Virus record (IMG/VR): IMGVR_UViG_3300021399_000067
Coordinates: 1 to 33,235 of that record
DNA: 33,235 nucleotides
Reading direction: 5' to 3' (one strand)
DNA from: a virus
Below the pieces are notes generated by a model, which did not search any database, was not told where the DNA came from, and saw only the letters and a list, made by a program, of their open reading frames with translations. The position numbers were made by a program, and so were the translations under genes. Positions 1 to 8,055 of the stretch are shown here, piece by piece (the first letter of the stretch is position 1; every line of letters starts with the position of its first letter).

Positions 1-123
1 GGCACCTATGGCGGCACCTGCGGCCGCGCCTGCAATACCCAATCCCTTGGCAATCGTTCCGCCAATGGATCCTGCCCGGGATTCGGCATCGCTTAAACCC
101 TCATCGTACTTTGAAGAATCAAG
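1..123. repeat. Terminal direct repeat; bases 1-123 are identical to 33113-33235 (circular or terminally redundant contig, unique length 33,112 bp)
   Basis: Direct base-by-base comparison of the window start (ggcacctatggcggcacctgcgg...gaagaatcaag) with its end. Confidence 0.95.
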
Positions 124-156
124 GGACAATGTGGCAAATAAATCAAATACGTTCAT
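1..156 (-). CDS. Tape measure protein, N-terminal 52 codons (MNVFDLFATLSLDSSKYDEGLSDAESRAGSIGG...); continues across the circular junction into 31205..33235
   Basis: ATG at 154-156 preceded by GGAGGTA. It overlaps the upstream stop as ATGA. It is in frame with ORF 31205..33154 once 33,112 is subtracted (156-42=114, a multiple of 3). Confidence 0.8.
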   Translation of the reverse strand, partial: MNVFDLFATLSLDSSKYDEGLSDAESRAGSIGGTIAKGLGIAGAAAGAAIGA

Positions 157-392
157 ATGTTACCTCCCAAATCGGCCATGAATTTATTGATAATATCGTT
201 GGCCTTTTCTTCGGGGTTTCCTTCTTTTTCTTCGGGAACCAATCCGAGGATTTCCGGGTATGTCTTTGTTAGATACTTGCCACCCAATGCATGGGTAACG
301 GATTCACAAATTAAACGCAACGCCTCCGATGTATAAGATTGATACACCATCGTTCGTTGCGTTTCATCGTTGATTGCTAACATATAAGACAC
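153..392 (-). CDS. Tail assembly chaperone, T-like segment (probably made as a -1 frameshift extension of 452..799)
   Basis: It lies between the chaperone and the tape measure gene. It is in the -1 frame relative to 452..799, and that frame is open upstream to 515, past the G stop at 452-454. The ORF-track start is only GTG. Confidence 0.55.
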   Translation of the reverse strand: MSYMLAINDETQRTMVYQSYTSEALRLICESVTHALGGKYLTKTYPEILGLVPEEKEGNPEEKANDIINKFMADLGGNI

Positions 393-451
393 GAACGGTG
401 TTAATTCCCGTTTGCCCTTATATTGTCCGTAGCACCGCCAAAAAAGGGCGA

Positions 452-799
452 TTAATTGTCGGGGATTTGACGGTGCGATTGAAAAAGTTTTTGTACCTCC
501 GCATTGGAAATCAAATCAAGGATTTGCATTGGCAATGTGACAACATTGATTTGCTCCCGGTATTCGTCCACGGGGACATCCTCAATGCGTGCCAAAATCT
601 CAATGATTGCCTCCTTGTTGTTCTTCAACATCGGCTTTACATACTTAATCGGTGCAACACGGATCCTGTTTCCATTTTCATCCGTTGAATTGTACAATGC
701 GCGGATTTCCTTATCTGCAAGGATAACCGCCAACGGTTCCATGATGTCTGCCATTAAATCAATGGCCGCCTCGCCTTTATAATCCGACAATCTTTTCAT
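452..799 (-). CDS. Tail assembly chaperone (G-like)
   Basis: 115 aa ORF immediately after the major tail gene and before the tape measure; call rests on this conserved position. Confidence 0.65.
   Translation of the reverse strand: MKRLSDYKGEAAIDLMADIMEPLAVILADKEIRALYNSTDENGNRIRVAPIKYVKPMLKNNKEAIIEILARIEDVPVDEYREQINVVTLPMQILDLISNAEVQKLFQSHRQIPDN
481..493 (-). promoter_or_regulatory. Candidate -1 ribosomal frameshift tract CAAAAACTTTTTC
   Basis: A5 and T5 runs lie inside the 60-nt overlap where both the 0 and -1 frames are open. It is not a canonical XXXYYYZ heptamer in the 0 frame. Confidence 0.35.
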
Positions 800-802
800 A
801 AA

Positions 803-1405
803 TTAACCCTCGCCACCCTCGGTGTTTTCGTTGTTGCCTGCGTTTCCTCCGTTTTCGGGTTCACCAATGTAAAACTCCACGGGTTCCGTATCCTGCGAAT
901 TGAGGCTTGTGTGTGCCGTGATTGACGCGGACATTGTACCCTTGCCCTTGTCGGTTGTCTTAAGGGAAAAACCATCGGTGGAAAGTGCGTTAATAAGATG
1001 CACCGCTATGTAACCGCCATTGGACAAATCGCCAATCCACCAAATATCGCCGAAATCAGAAACGGCAAGGTCAACATTGGACACAATTGCACCGCTTTCG
1101 TTGGTCCTTGCGGCGGCAAGAACGAATTTAAGGGATGCATCATTGATATTAAGCAGGGTTGCGGCAATGTTTACATCCATTTCCGTTTTGCGCTTAAGTT
1201 CCTTGGTGTTCTTCGGGCAATTGTCGATGTCCGAACCGAAATCCTCAAATGTCGGCTTGGCGTTGATGGTAATGCCGCCGCTTGTCGCGGAAATAATCTT
1301 ATTAAGGTCCAAAACGCCCGTTGTGGGGTCGAAATCCTTAACCAAAACGCCTGCATTCACTTGTAATTCGTTAAATGTATCTTCGGGAATCTTTGTGAAT
1401 CTCAT
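803..1405 (-). CDS. Major tail (tube) protein
   Basis: 200 aa ORF just upstream of the chaperone pair. N-terminus IPEDTFNELQVNAGVL... resembles Gram-positive siphophage tube proteins. Acidic/Gly-rich C-terminal tail. Confidence 0.7.
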   Translation of the reverse strand: MRFTKIPEDTFNELQVNAGVLVKDFDPTTGVLDLNKIISATSGGITINAKPTFEDFGSDIDNCPKNTKELKRKTEMDVNIAATLLNINDASLKFVLAAARTNESGAIVSNVDLAVSDFGDIWWIGDLSNGGYIAVHLINALSTDGFSLKTTDKGKGTMSASITAHTSLNSQDTEPVEFYIGEPENGGNAGNNENTEGGEG

Positions 1406-1420
1406 GTGTTTAATTCCTCC

Positions 1421-1786
1421 TTAGTTTGATAAAAATTCGATTTCAAGGTTGATTGAATATCCCTTAATGGATGAATCATCATCATCGTTCGTCCTGTTGG
1501 CGAATGGTGAACCCTTATTAATCAATATGGATCCAACATCCATGGGAACCAAACGGCCCCGGGAAATGTAATCCGAAACGGATTTCAAAATGGTGTCCAA
1601 CGATTCCCACGATTCAACGCGATTCCAAATGGAACCACTCGCAGGAACGGCCGTCCCCAATTCGTCAATCGTTGTTTCGTATATGCAATACGGCAATTTG
1701 GCATAATCGGGAACCGCGCCCGATTCATAACAGGGCAACCCGGTTGCGCTATGCCAAAAATCATATAATGCCTGTTGCTTATCCAT
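1421..1786 (-). CDS. Tail terminator / tail completion protein (called by position)
   Basis: 121 aa ORF between the head-closure gene and the tail tube gene. Confidence 0.45.
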   Translation of the reverse strand: MDKQQALYDFWHSATGLPCYESGAVPDYAKLPYCIYETTIDELGTAVPASGSIWNRVESWESLDTILKSVSDYISRGRLVPMDVGSILINKGSPFANRTNDDDDSSIKGYSINLEIEFLSN

Positions 1787-2132
1787 TGGGCAACTCCCAT
1801 TCCTCCGCCTCTACTTGGCGCATATTCAATGTCGAAACGGACGGTGAAACATTATCGTCACCATCCGATGTAACACGGAATATCTTGCCATCCTTGTTAC
1901 GGCGTACAACATCGTGATATTGAAGATTGACATTGGCCCGTGTGGTTATCGTGTACCGGGGAATTGCATTCGCTTGCTCCGCGATGCGCATTTCCTCGGA
2001 GGATTCGAACCCAAAAACGGCATCGATGGTCACGCCATCAACGTATGTCGGTTTTGTTCCGCCCCTGCCATCGTCAACATAAATCTTGTTGATGATGGTT
2101 CCCTTTTCGAGTGCCGATTCCCACAACATCAT
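1779..2132 (-). CDS. Head closure / head-tail joining protein
   Basis: Trimmed from ORF 1779..2366 to the ATG at 2132, which overlaps the upstream stop (ATGA). Size and position match gp7/gp16-type stoppers. Confidence 0.6.
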   Translation of the reverse strand: MMLWESALEKGTIINKIYVDDGRGGTKPTYVDGVTIDAVFGFESSEEMRIAEQANAIPRYTITTRANVNLQYHDVVRRNKDGKIFRVTSDGDDNVSPSVSTLNMRQVEAEEWELPNG

Positions 2133-2578
2133 TCCGCCAATCCTCTTAATCTGCGATATTTGTTTAACCTCTTTGCAAATGCGCCCTGCCATGTGGTCGT
2201 ATCGGATCCATCGGCGGATGCGGATGCCTTGGTGTATGAATAGTTTTGGAACGATTCCGATGCGAATGGTGACATCGCAGGCGATTTGGAATCGCCATAC
2301 GATGTTTGCCATTCTTGAATATCGGAGGCAAGGGCAATAACAGTTTGGGGAACCGCCATTGCCCATATTGTGCCATTAAAGGTTTCATCAACCAAATCGA
2401 ATGCCGGGTATTGATGCACGCCATCGTTGAAAACCGAACCGACAATGCGGAAATATTGGCCATTCTTGATTTGGGGCAACACGATGGTGGAATTCTCAAT
2501 CGTGTAATTCCCGGTTGCCTTTGATACAACAAAATGGTTGTTCAAATATTCGCATAACTCGGTTAACATCGCTTGCAT
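2129..2578 (-). CDS. Head-tail adaptor/connector protein
   Basis: 149 aa ORF directly after the major capsid gene; GGAGGTATTAAACG precedes the ATG. Confidence 0.5.
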   Translation of the reverse strand: MQAMLTELCEYLNNHFVVSKATGNYTIENSTIVLPQIKNGQYFRIVGSVFNDGVHQYPAFDLVDETFNGTIWAMAVPQTVIALASDIQEWQTSYGDSKSPAMSPFASESFQNYSYTKASASADGSDTTTWQGAFAKRLNKYRRLRGLAE

Positions 2579-2597
2579 CGTTTAATACCTCCGGGGA

Positions 2598-3500
2598 TTA
2601 ACCCTCGCCGCCTGCGGATGCGGCCGTGATTGTTCCAACGATAACGCCATCGGGCATTTCGGGGAATATATCGATACCACTAACGGCAACGGTTTCCTCC
2701 TGCATCCTTGTGTAATTGGCCTCCTCGTGGATTCCAACAAATCCTGTTTCGGGATCCGTTGTGAAATCAAAGATTTCGTCAAGGCCGTTTGCACCGTTCA
2801 CATCGATGTAATACATAACAAGATTCTGCATTGCGGTTGCATAGAATGTACCCTTTGTCACGGCGGATGTGATGATAACAGTTCCGAGGCCAAGGAAATC
2901 CTCCACGTACTTGAAACCAAATGCGGTTTGTGTGGAAATTGCGGCCGTCTTGAGATAATCCGCGATGTCGAGGGGATTAACGAAATAAACGGTTGCGACA
3001 TCATCTTCCTCGAACGCAACTTGAAGTGCGCCCCATGCATCTGCAAGTGCGGCCTGTATGCCAACACCGCTTGCGGTTCCTGCGCCTGTGCTGAGTGCCG
3101 TTACAAGGTCACCACGGATACCCTTTTGGATGTCCTTAACCATCTTGGCATCGGTATCGTTTACGGCTTGGTCATACCCGCCCTTGATGATTGCCTCGGC
3201 CGTTGTTGCCTTTCTCCACTTGTCAAGTGTTGCCTCGCCAATGGGGGTCCATGTGGTTGCATACTGTGAAAGCGGGATGATCTCGCCCTCGGGAACGGCA
3301 CCATTGTGCAATGTGCCTGTTACTTTCTTAACCTTAAGCACGGTTCCTGCGGTTACGGGAATCTTTCTCGTAACACCGAGCATCTTAATGAGGGATGCGA
3401 TGGATTCGCCGAAAAGTGCGGCATAATCCATTTCACGAACCTTTGCGATGTTCTGCTTCTTGATTACATTGGTTTCTGCATCTGTGATTACATTTGCCAT
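2598..3500 (-). CDS. Major capsid protein (HK97-fold type, scaffold-dependent)
   Basis: 300 aa ORF after the scaffold gene. No delta domain and no prohead protease nearby. Good RBS. Confidence 0.85.
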   Translation of the reverse strand: MANVITDAETNVIKKQNIAKVREMDYAALFGESIASLIKMLGVTRKIPVTAGTVLKVKKVTGTLHNGAVPEGEIIPLSQYATTWTPIGEATLDKWRKATTAEAIIKGGYDQAVNDTDAKMVKDIQKGIRGDLVTALSTGAGTASGVGIQAALADAWGALQVAFEEDDVATVYFVNPLDIADYLKTAAISTQTAFGFKYVEDFLGLGTVIITSAVTKGTFYATAMQNLVMYYIDVNGANGLDEIFDFTTDPETGFVGIHEEANYTRMQEETVAVSGIDIFPEMPDGVIVGTITAASAGGEG

Positions 3501-3518
3501 CTTGAATTCCTCCTTAGA

Positions 3519-4133
3519 TTAATCGTTCTCGGGTAATCCAAACAATGTGGGATTCTCCATCATCGCCTTTTGGCGTGCAATCGGATCCGCAATTGCTCGG
3601 ATTTCCTCCTTTGTCTTTGTTGCCTTTCCATTATTCGCAGGGGGATTTGCCATGTCTGCGCCCTTGGTGGACTTAACCGGGATAAAATCGGACCATTCCT
3701 CTTTAACGGAATTAACCAATTCGTCCTTGTTGGATATGTTGCCCTCATCGTCAAATACGATGGAATCAATATCAGACACCTTAACGATTGCATCAATCCT
3801 CTTGTCGGGGATTCCGCATTCTTTAAGGATGGAACGGAATGCCGCATCTTTCTGCGCCTTTGTTTTTTCCGTTTCAACGCCTGCCTTGAACGCCTCGTAT
3901 TCCTCCTTGATGGCCTCATACTTTACCTTGTATGAATCCTCCTTGGATCCCGAATTCGCCGCCTTTAGGTTGTCAATTTCCGTCTGCATCCCGGGTACTT
4001 TGTCGGCATCTGCCTTGTATGCATCCCGTTCCGCCTTAAGGGCATCTACAACCTCCACATGGGCCGTGATGATTTCGTCCACCTTGTCGGCCTCAATTCC
4101 TAACGCCTGCAAAAACTTTCGAGAAAAAGCCAT
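3519..4133 (-). CDS. Scaffolding protein (GP20-like)
   Basis: 204 aa, highly charged coiled-coil sequence (KAERDAYKADADK..., EEYEAFKAGVETEKTKAQK) directly upstream of the capsid gene. Confidence 0.8.
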   Translation of the reverse strand: MAFSRKFLQALGIEADKVDEIITAHVEVVDALKAERDAYKADADKVPGMQTEIDNLKAANSGSKEDSYKVKYEAIKEEYEAFKAGVETEKTKAQKDAAFRSILKECGIPDKRIDAIVKVSDIDSIVFDDEGNISNKDELVNSVKEEWSDFIPVKSTKGADMANPPANNGKATKTKEEIRAIADPIARQKAMMENPTLFGLPEND

Positions 4134-4197
4134 GTCGAATCTCCTTTACTTCGGTATATTTTCTTTTATATTCGATTCTACTTTCATATATACCACA

Positions 4198-4233
4198 AAT
4201 GAAAATCACATGCAATTAAATGATTGCATGTGA
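4198..4233 (-). terminator. Intrinsic terminator hairpin (TCACATGCAAT-6 nt-ATTGCATGTGA followed by TTTTC)
   Basis: Perfect 11-bp inverted repeat at 4206-4216/4223-4233, followed on the minus strand by a T run. A possible TGgTATATA extended -10 lies downstream. Confidence 0.55.
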
Positions 4234-4236
4234 AAA

Positions 4237-4575
4237 TCATTCGCCTTTCAAGTATTGGCGCAATATATCGCCGTATTCTGCGGCGTGCGCCGTTGCCCCG
4301 AACCGCAGGAAATGTTTACCCTTGATTTTGGATGTTCCCAATTCTTGATACACGGCATAATTAAGGTTTGTCCCAATATATGCCTCTTGTTTGGATGTAT
4401 CAACCGCAGGACCGATGGAATTGCGCAATGCGCCCGTTTTGTATGGTGCCTTGCCTGCGGCCGTGGATGCCGCATCCTGCGCAATAGCCGCCAACCAATT
4501 GTTGATTTTCTCCTTTGATTCGTATGTGAATTCATCAATGTGGGATTCAATCCTAACACCTTTAATCTGTGGCAT
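4237..4575 (-). CDS. HK97 gp10-family head-tail component
   Basis: 112 aa with the gp10-family signature TGALRNSI...GTNLNYAVYQELGT...KHFL. Confidence 0.75.
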   Translation of the reverse strand: MPQIKGVRIESHIDEFTYESKEKINNWLAAIAQDAASTAAGKAPYKTGALRNSIGPAVDTSKQEAYIGTNLNYAVYQELGTSKIKGKHFLRFGATAHAAEYGDILRQYLKGE

Positions 4576-4577
4576 GG

Positions 4578-4721
4578 TTATTCCTCCTTGTAAAATTCAT
4601 CATAACTTGCCTTTACATCCGGGATGGATGCGCCCAATTCCGTTAATTTATAGCACCATTCTGCCTCATCGAAATAATACCAATCTTCATTTTCCATAAA
4701 ATATGGTCTAATCTGCATCAT
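4578..4721 (-). CDS. Small hypothetical protein (47 aa, MMQIRPYFMENEDWYYFDEAEWCYKL...)
   Basis: Not in the ORF track (under 60 aa). Its ATG overlaps the MuF stop (ATGA), and its stop lies 2 nt before the next ATG. It fills an otherwise empty 140-nt gap. Confidence 0.45.
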   Translation of the reverse strand: MMQIRPYFMENEDWYYFDEAEWCYKLTELGASIPDVKASYDEFYKEE

Positions 4722-6649
4722 AATTTATAACCCTGCCTTTCCAAAAATATTCTTGTTGCCTGCCCCATAATGTTGGGATCCCCACACATCGCATTGGCAA
4801 AACATTCCGCAAAAAATTCATCATCGTTTTTCTTTCCGTAATCGGAAATACCATAAAAAATATCAATTTCATATGCGTTTAGTTCGTTTCTTGCAATATC
4901 TTCAATATCTGTGCGCATTTTTTCCGCCAATTTTTTATATGTTCCACTTGCCTGCCAATCTCCAAATTGCACGAAAACAGTTTTTTTGTATTCTTCGGAT
5001 CCTATTATATATCTACTTGCAAATATATGGCCATATTCATGCGTTACGCCATATGTTTGGTAATAATCCTCCGATATTGGCATGGACCATTTAGATGCCA
5101 TTGTACTCATTGTTTCACTTATTATTTTTTCCTTGTTTTTAGTGTAATACTGTTTTGAAAATGTTAGTTTTTCGGGACCACGCAACAAATGTTGTTGCAC
5201 CTCGGCCACAAATGTGGCAGGCCTATATTCCAAATCCATCCCATCCGTTAATTTTCCAAATATATTGTTTAATTCTGATAACCTATTAACATTATTACAC
5301 AATAATTCCTCATCAAGATTGTTTATAAAATCATCGGATACGGATTTAAAACCCAAATCGTTTTTGAGAATATCCACCGCATCTTGCCTGTTTTGGGCAA
5401 CCCTCCATTTTGGTGGTTCGGATTGTTGTGTGTTTCCCGGTTGTTTGTTGTTAATCGGTTGTGATGTAATTTCAGATATTGGCAACGGTTCGGGAATAGT
5501 GGCCGTTGTGTTGTTTTTTGCCTCCTGCGCTTTTCGGTATGCCTCCGCCTCGCGTGATTCAATTTCCCCGGAATCAAGTTTCTTTTTGCGCTCCAATGCG
5601 CGGCGTTGCTCATCCACTTTGTATTCCATAACACCTGTGGCATCCTTATCGCCAACCCAATCATTATAGAATTCTTCACGCATCATTTTTTCGTATAATT
5701 CATCATCCCGGGAATGGTCAATCCCGGGTAAAAACGAATTAACACGGCACCTGCAATTATATATTTGCTCGGGATCCCCTTTTGGATCCGCAGGAAATCG
5801 CAGTAAATTGCCTGTTGGGATGATGCCCTCCCCATATAATCCCTTTTCGTTGGGTAATGTACCATGTAACATTAAATGGGTATCACGGGTGTTATCCGCC
5901 ATTAACGCCATCCATGGTTCCTGCATGGGGATGCCTGCATCTTGGATTTTCTTTGTGGCATCACGCCGCCCCTCATTTTGTACGGCCGTGTATGCCGTGC
6001 GTGCGGTTCGTGTTGCGGCGTTTTTATCCATGTTTACAATCGGTAATAGTCTTTTGGATATATTGGGGATGGAATCGCCTTGTAATATACCCTGTGCAAT
6101 GGCGTTTTGGATGTGTTTTCGGTTCCACGCCTTATCCGCCGGGATATTAACCTCGGGTGGTTGCCATGGTATTAAATCGGGATCCTCGGTCAATATTATG
6201 CGCATGGCCTCGGTATTGTAGATGGAAAACGATGCATAATTATATCCTGCGGCCTGTGCCATCAATTCGCCTTTGAATCCTGCGAAATTATATCCATTAC
6301 AGTAAACACCGGGTAAATCATTATTAATCATGGCAATGGCCAATTTATCGGTGTTTACCATATCATTGGTCAATTTTTCCACCTGCGCACTCATTTGTTG
6401 CGTGCGCATAATCTTATTAAATCGCCATTTGGTGTATTCATCCTCCGAAATCAGATTGTTTTCTAATTTCTCACGCATTTTGGCATCGGCAATTGCATAT
6501 TGCTCCATGTAGGAAAATAGATTTTCGCTCAATTCTTCCGCCGCATCCCGATATACCCGGTTTATGCGCTTTTCCAATTCCTGCAAGGCATCATCTGCCA
6601 TTTGCATGCCATAATCCATTTCGCTATTAAACCGTTTAAGTGTTGCCAT
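4718..6649 (-). CDS. Minor head protein (MuF / SPP1 gp7 family) fused to a C-terminal zinc metalloprotease domain (HEYGH ... DEFFAECFA, anthrax lethal-factor-like gluzincin motif)
   Basis: 643 aa. The N-terminal two thirds carry MuF hallmarks, including YNCRCR. A Pro/Gln-rich linker follows. HExxH is encoded at 5027-5041 and EFFAE lies about 70 residues later. The gene follows the portal gene. Confidence 0.8.
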   Translation of the reverse strand: MATLKRFNSEMDYGMQMADDALQELEKRINRVYRDAAEELSENLFSYMEQYAIADAKMREKLENNLISEDEYTKWRFNKIMRTQQMSAQVEKLTNDMVNTDKLAIAMINNDLPGVYCNGYNFAGFKGELMAQAAGYNYASFSIYNTEAMRIILTEDPDLIPWQPPEVNIPADKAWNRKHIQNAIAQGILQGDSIPNISKRLLPIVNMDKNAATRTARTAYTAVQNEGRRDATKKIQDAGIPMQEPWMALMADNTRDTHLMLHGTLPNEKGLYGEGIIPTGNLLRFPADPKGDPEQIYNCRCRVNSFLPGIDHSRDDELYEKMMREEFYNDWVGDKDATGVMEYKVDEQRRALERKKKLDSGEIESREAEAYRKAQEAKNNTTATIPEPLPISEITSQPINNKQPGNTQQSEPPKWRVAQNRQDAVDILKNDLGFKSVSDDFINNLDEELLCNNVNRLSELNNIFGKLTDGMDLEYRPATFVAEVQQHLLRGPEKLTFSKQYYTKNKEKIISETMSTMASKWSMPISEDYYQTYGVTHEYGHIFASRYIIGSEEYKKTVFVQFGDWQASGTYKKLAEKMRTDIEDIARNELNAYEIDIFYGISDYGKKNDDEFFAECFANAMCGDPNIMGQATRIFLERQGYKL

Positions 6650-7994
6650 CCTCCGAACCGCCTGCCATTAATCTGTTAACCGCATCGCCTGCCATCTGTG
6701 CCATGATGTTATTCAATTCGTCCTTGTCACCATTCATTGTAACAATTTTCTTGGTGATGTATTCCTCGGGTAAATACAATGCGCCTGTTACAAGGGATTG
6801 TATTTCCTCCGCCTTGTTAACGATGATGGAACGTGTGTATGTCGGTTCATCGTCAACGCCTGCAATCGCCAACAACGCCTTGATGAACCCGGTTATATAT
6901 GGTTCGTGGTCATCCAACTTTTCGTTCAATGGCTCGTATGCGGCGATTATCTCCGTTGCCGTGGCGTTCCTCGAAGATAAATCCTTTGTGTCAACGGCCA
7001 TTGCATCGGAATATAAATCCGCATCCAATCTCGTTAATATCGCCTCGCGGCCTTGATACGATGGTTCAACCGTATGCGATTGTAAATCCGCATCGCCATC
7101 CACTTGCGTGGCGTGGATCCTGCGCAACTTGTTTATCATTTGCACCAAATCGGCATCATCCATTCCGCCCGAATTGGTGATTGTCCAATAGATTATGTTT
7201 GCATCGTCAATGTCGTTGGCGTATCCGCTTGCGATTAAATCCCTTGCATCGATACCCGCACGCAGGGCATTCAATTCGGGTTCACAATCCTCGTTGATAT
7301 ATAAGGGAACAACCGGGAATGTCGGATAATTGGCGTATTCGTATTCAACATCACCATCCGCCACGGAGGATGCAACCTTAACGATGTATGCACGCTTTTC
7401 GTGCAACACGATGTTGTTGCCGTCCTTATCCCTCATGTATTCGGTGTATCCGTCCATTTCGAACATGGTTGCCCTCAATGGCTTGTTGTCTGCAATCTGC
7501 CAAAAACGGATTCCCGCCATTAATGTTCCGTTTTCCTCATCCTTTAATGGCACAAACTCGGTGAATTTGTAAATCTCCACATGTCCGTTGTTGAAGAATC
7601 CGAACGCCTGCCCCTGCCTTTGGGCGTAACGATATGCTTTCATTATCTTTGTATCGAAATCGGATCCCAATGCATCACCGCCCTTGTTGTTGACCCACGA
7701 AACGCCATTGCCTAACAGGACGGACACCGCTTGGGTTACATCGCGCTTGAAAAATCCCGTTGCCAACTTATGGTTAGCGGATACATAATCGGGGACGGCC
7801 TGCCCCATCGCATTAAATAGTATTTTCTCGTATCGCTTAATTGTGGTGTTCTTGCCCTTGTAATAATTATCGCCATCCCTTGCCTCGCGATATGCCCGGG
7901 ATGATTTATGGTCAACGATGGCGGAGAATATCCAATTCATCCGTGTTGTTTCGTCTTTATCTGCAACCTCTAACCAATCTTGATATGTTCGCAT
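6636..7994 (-). CDS. Portal protein (SPP1 gp6-like)
   Basis: 452 aa ORF between terL and the MuF gene; size, position and acidic C-terminus fit. Confidence 0.85.
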   Translation of the reverse strand: MRTYQDWLEVADKDETTRMNWIFSAIVDHKSSRAYREARDGDNYYKGKNTTIKRYEKILFNAMGQAVPDYVSANHKLATGFFKRDVTQAVSVLLGNGVSWVNNKGGDALGSDFDTKIMKAYRYAQRQGQAFGFFNNGHVEIYKFTEFVPLKDEENGTLMAGIRFWQIADNKPLRATMFEMDGYTEYMRDKDGNNIVLHEKRAYIVKVASSVADGDVEYEYANYPTFPVVPLYINEDCEPELNALRAGIDARDLIASGYANDIDDANIIYWTITNSGGMDDADLVQMINKLRRIHATQVDGDADLQSHTVEPSYQGREAILTRLDADLYSDAMAVDTKDLSSRNATATEIIAAYEPLNEKLDDHEPYITGFIKALLAIAGVDDEPTYTRSIIVNKAEEIQSLVTGALYLPEEYITKKIVTMNGDKDELNNIMAQMAGDAVNRLMAGGSEDGNT

Positions 7995-8055
7995 GGATCC
8001 AACCTCCTTGTGGTTATAAGCACATTATAACATGAAATGCAATAGTCAAAAGGAT

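Noticed and set aside
803-815. Shared 13-mer GGCGAGGGTTAAT at the 3' ends of the major tail gene (803-815) and the capsid gene (2598-2610); both proteins end in GGEG
   Set aside because: It is too short to distinguish from coincidence, and no further flanking similarity is visible.
3547-4233. Long plus-strand ORFs: 3547..4233 (228 aa), 9359..10018 (219 aa), 18150..19031 (293 aa), 28232..29035 (267 aa) and many shorter ones
   Set aside because: They are antisense shadows of well-supported minus-strand genes. They lack Shine-Dalgarno sites and have low-complexity or Cys/Arg/Ser-rich translations. They would break the otherwise continuous minus-strand coding.
7995-8055. Possible promoter TTGACT ... 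TATAAT between terL and the portal gene
   Set aside because: The spacer is only 14 nt (or 16 nt to a poor TAATGT). The gap is short, and the genes are probably co-transcribed.
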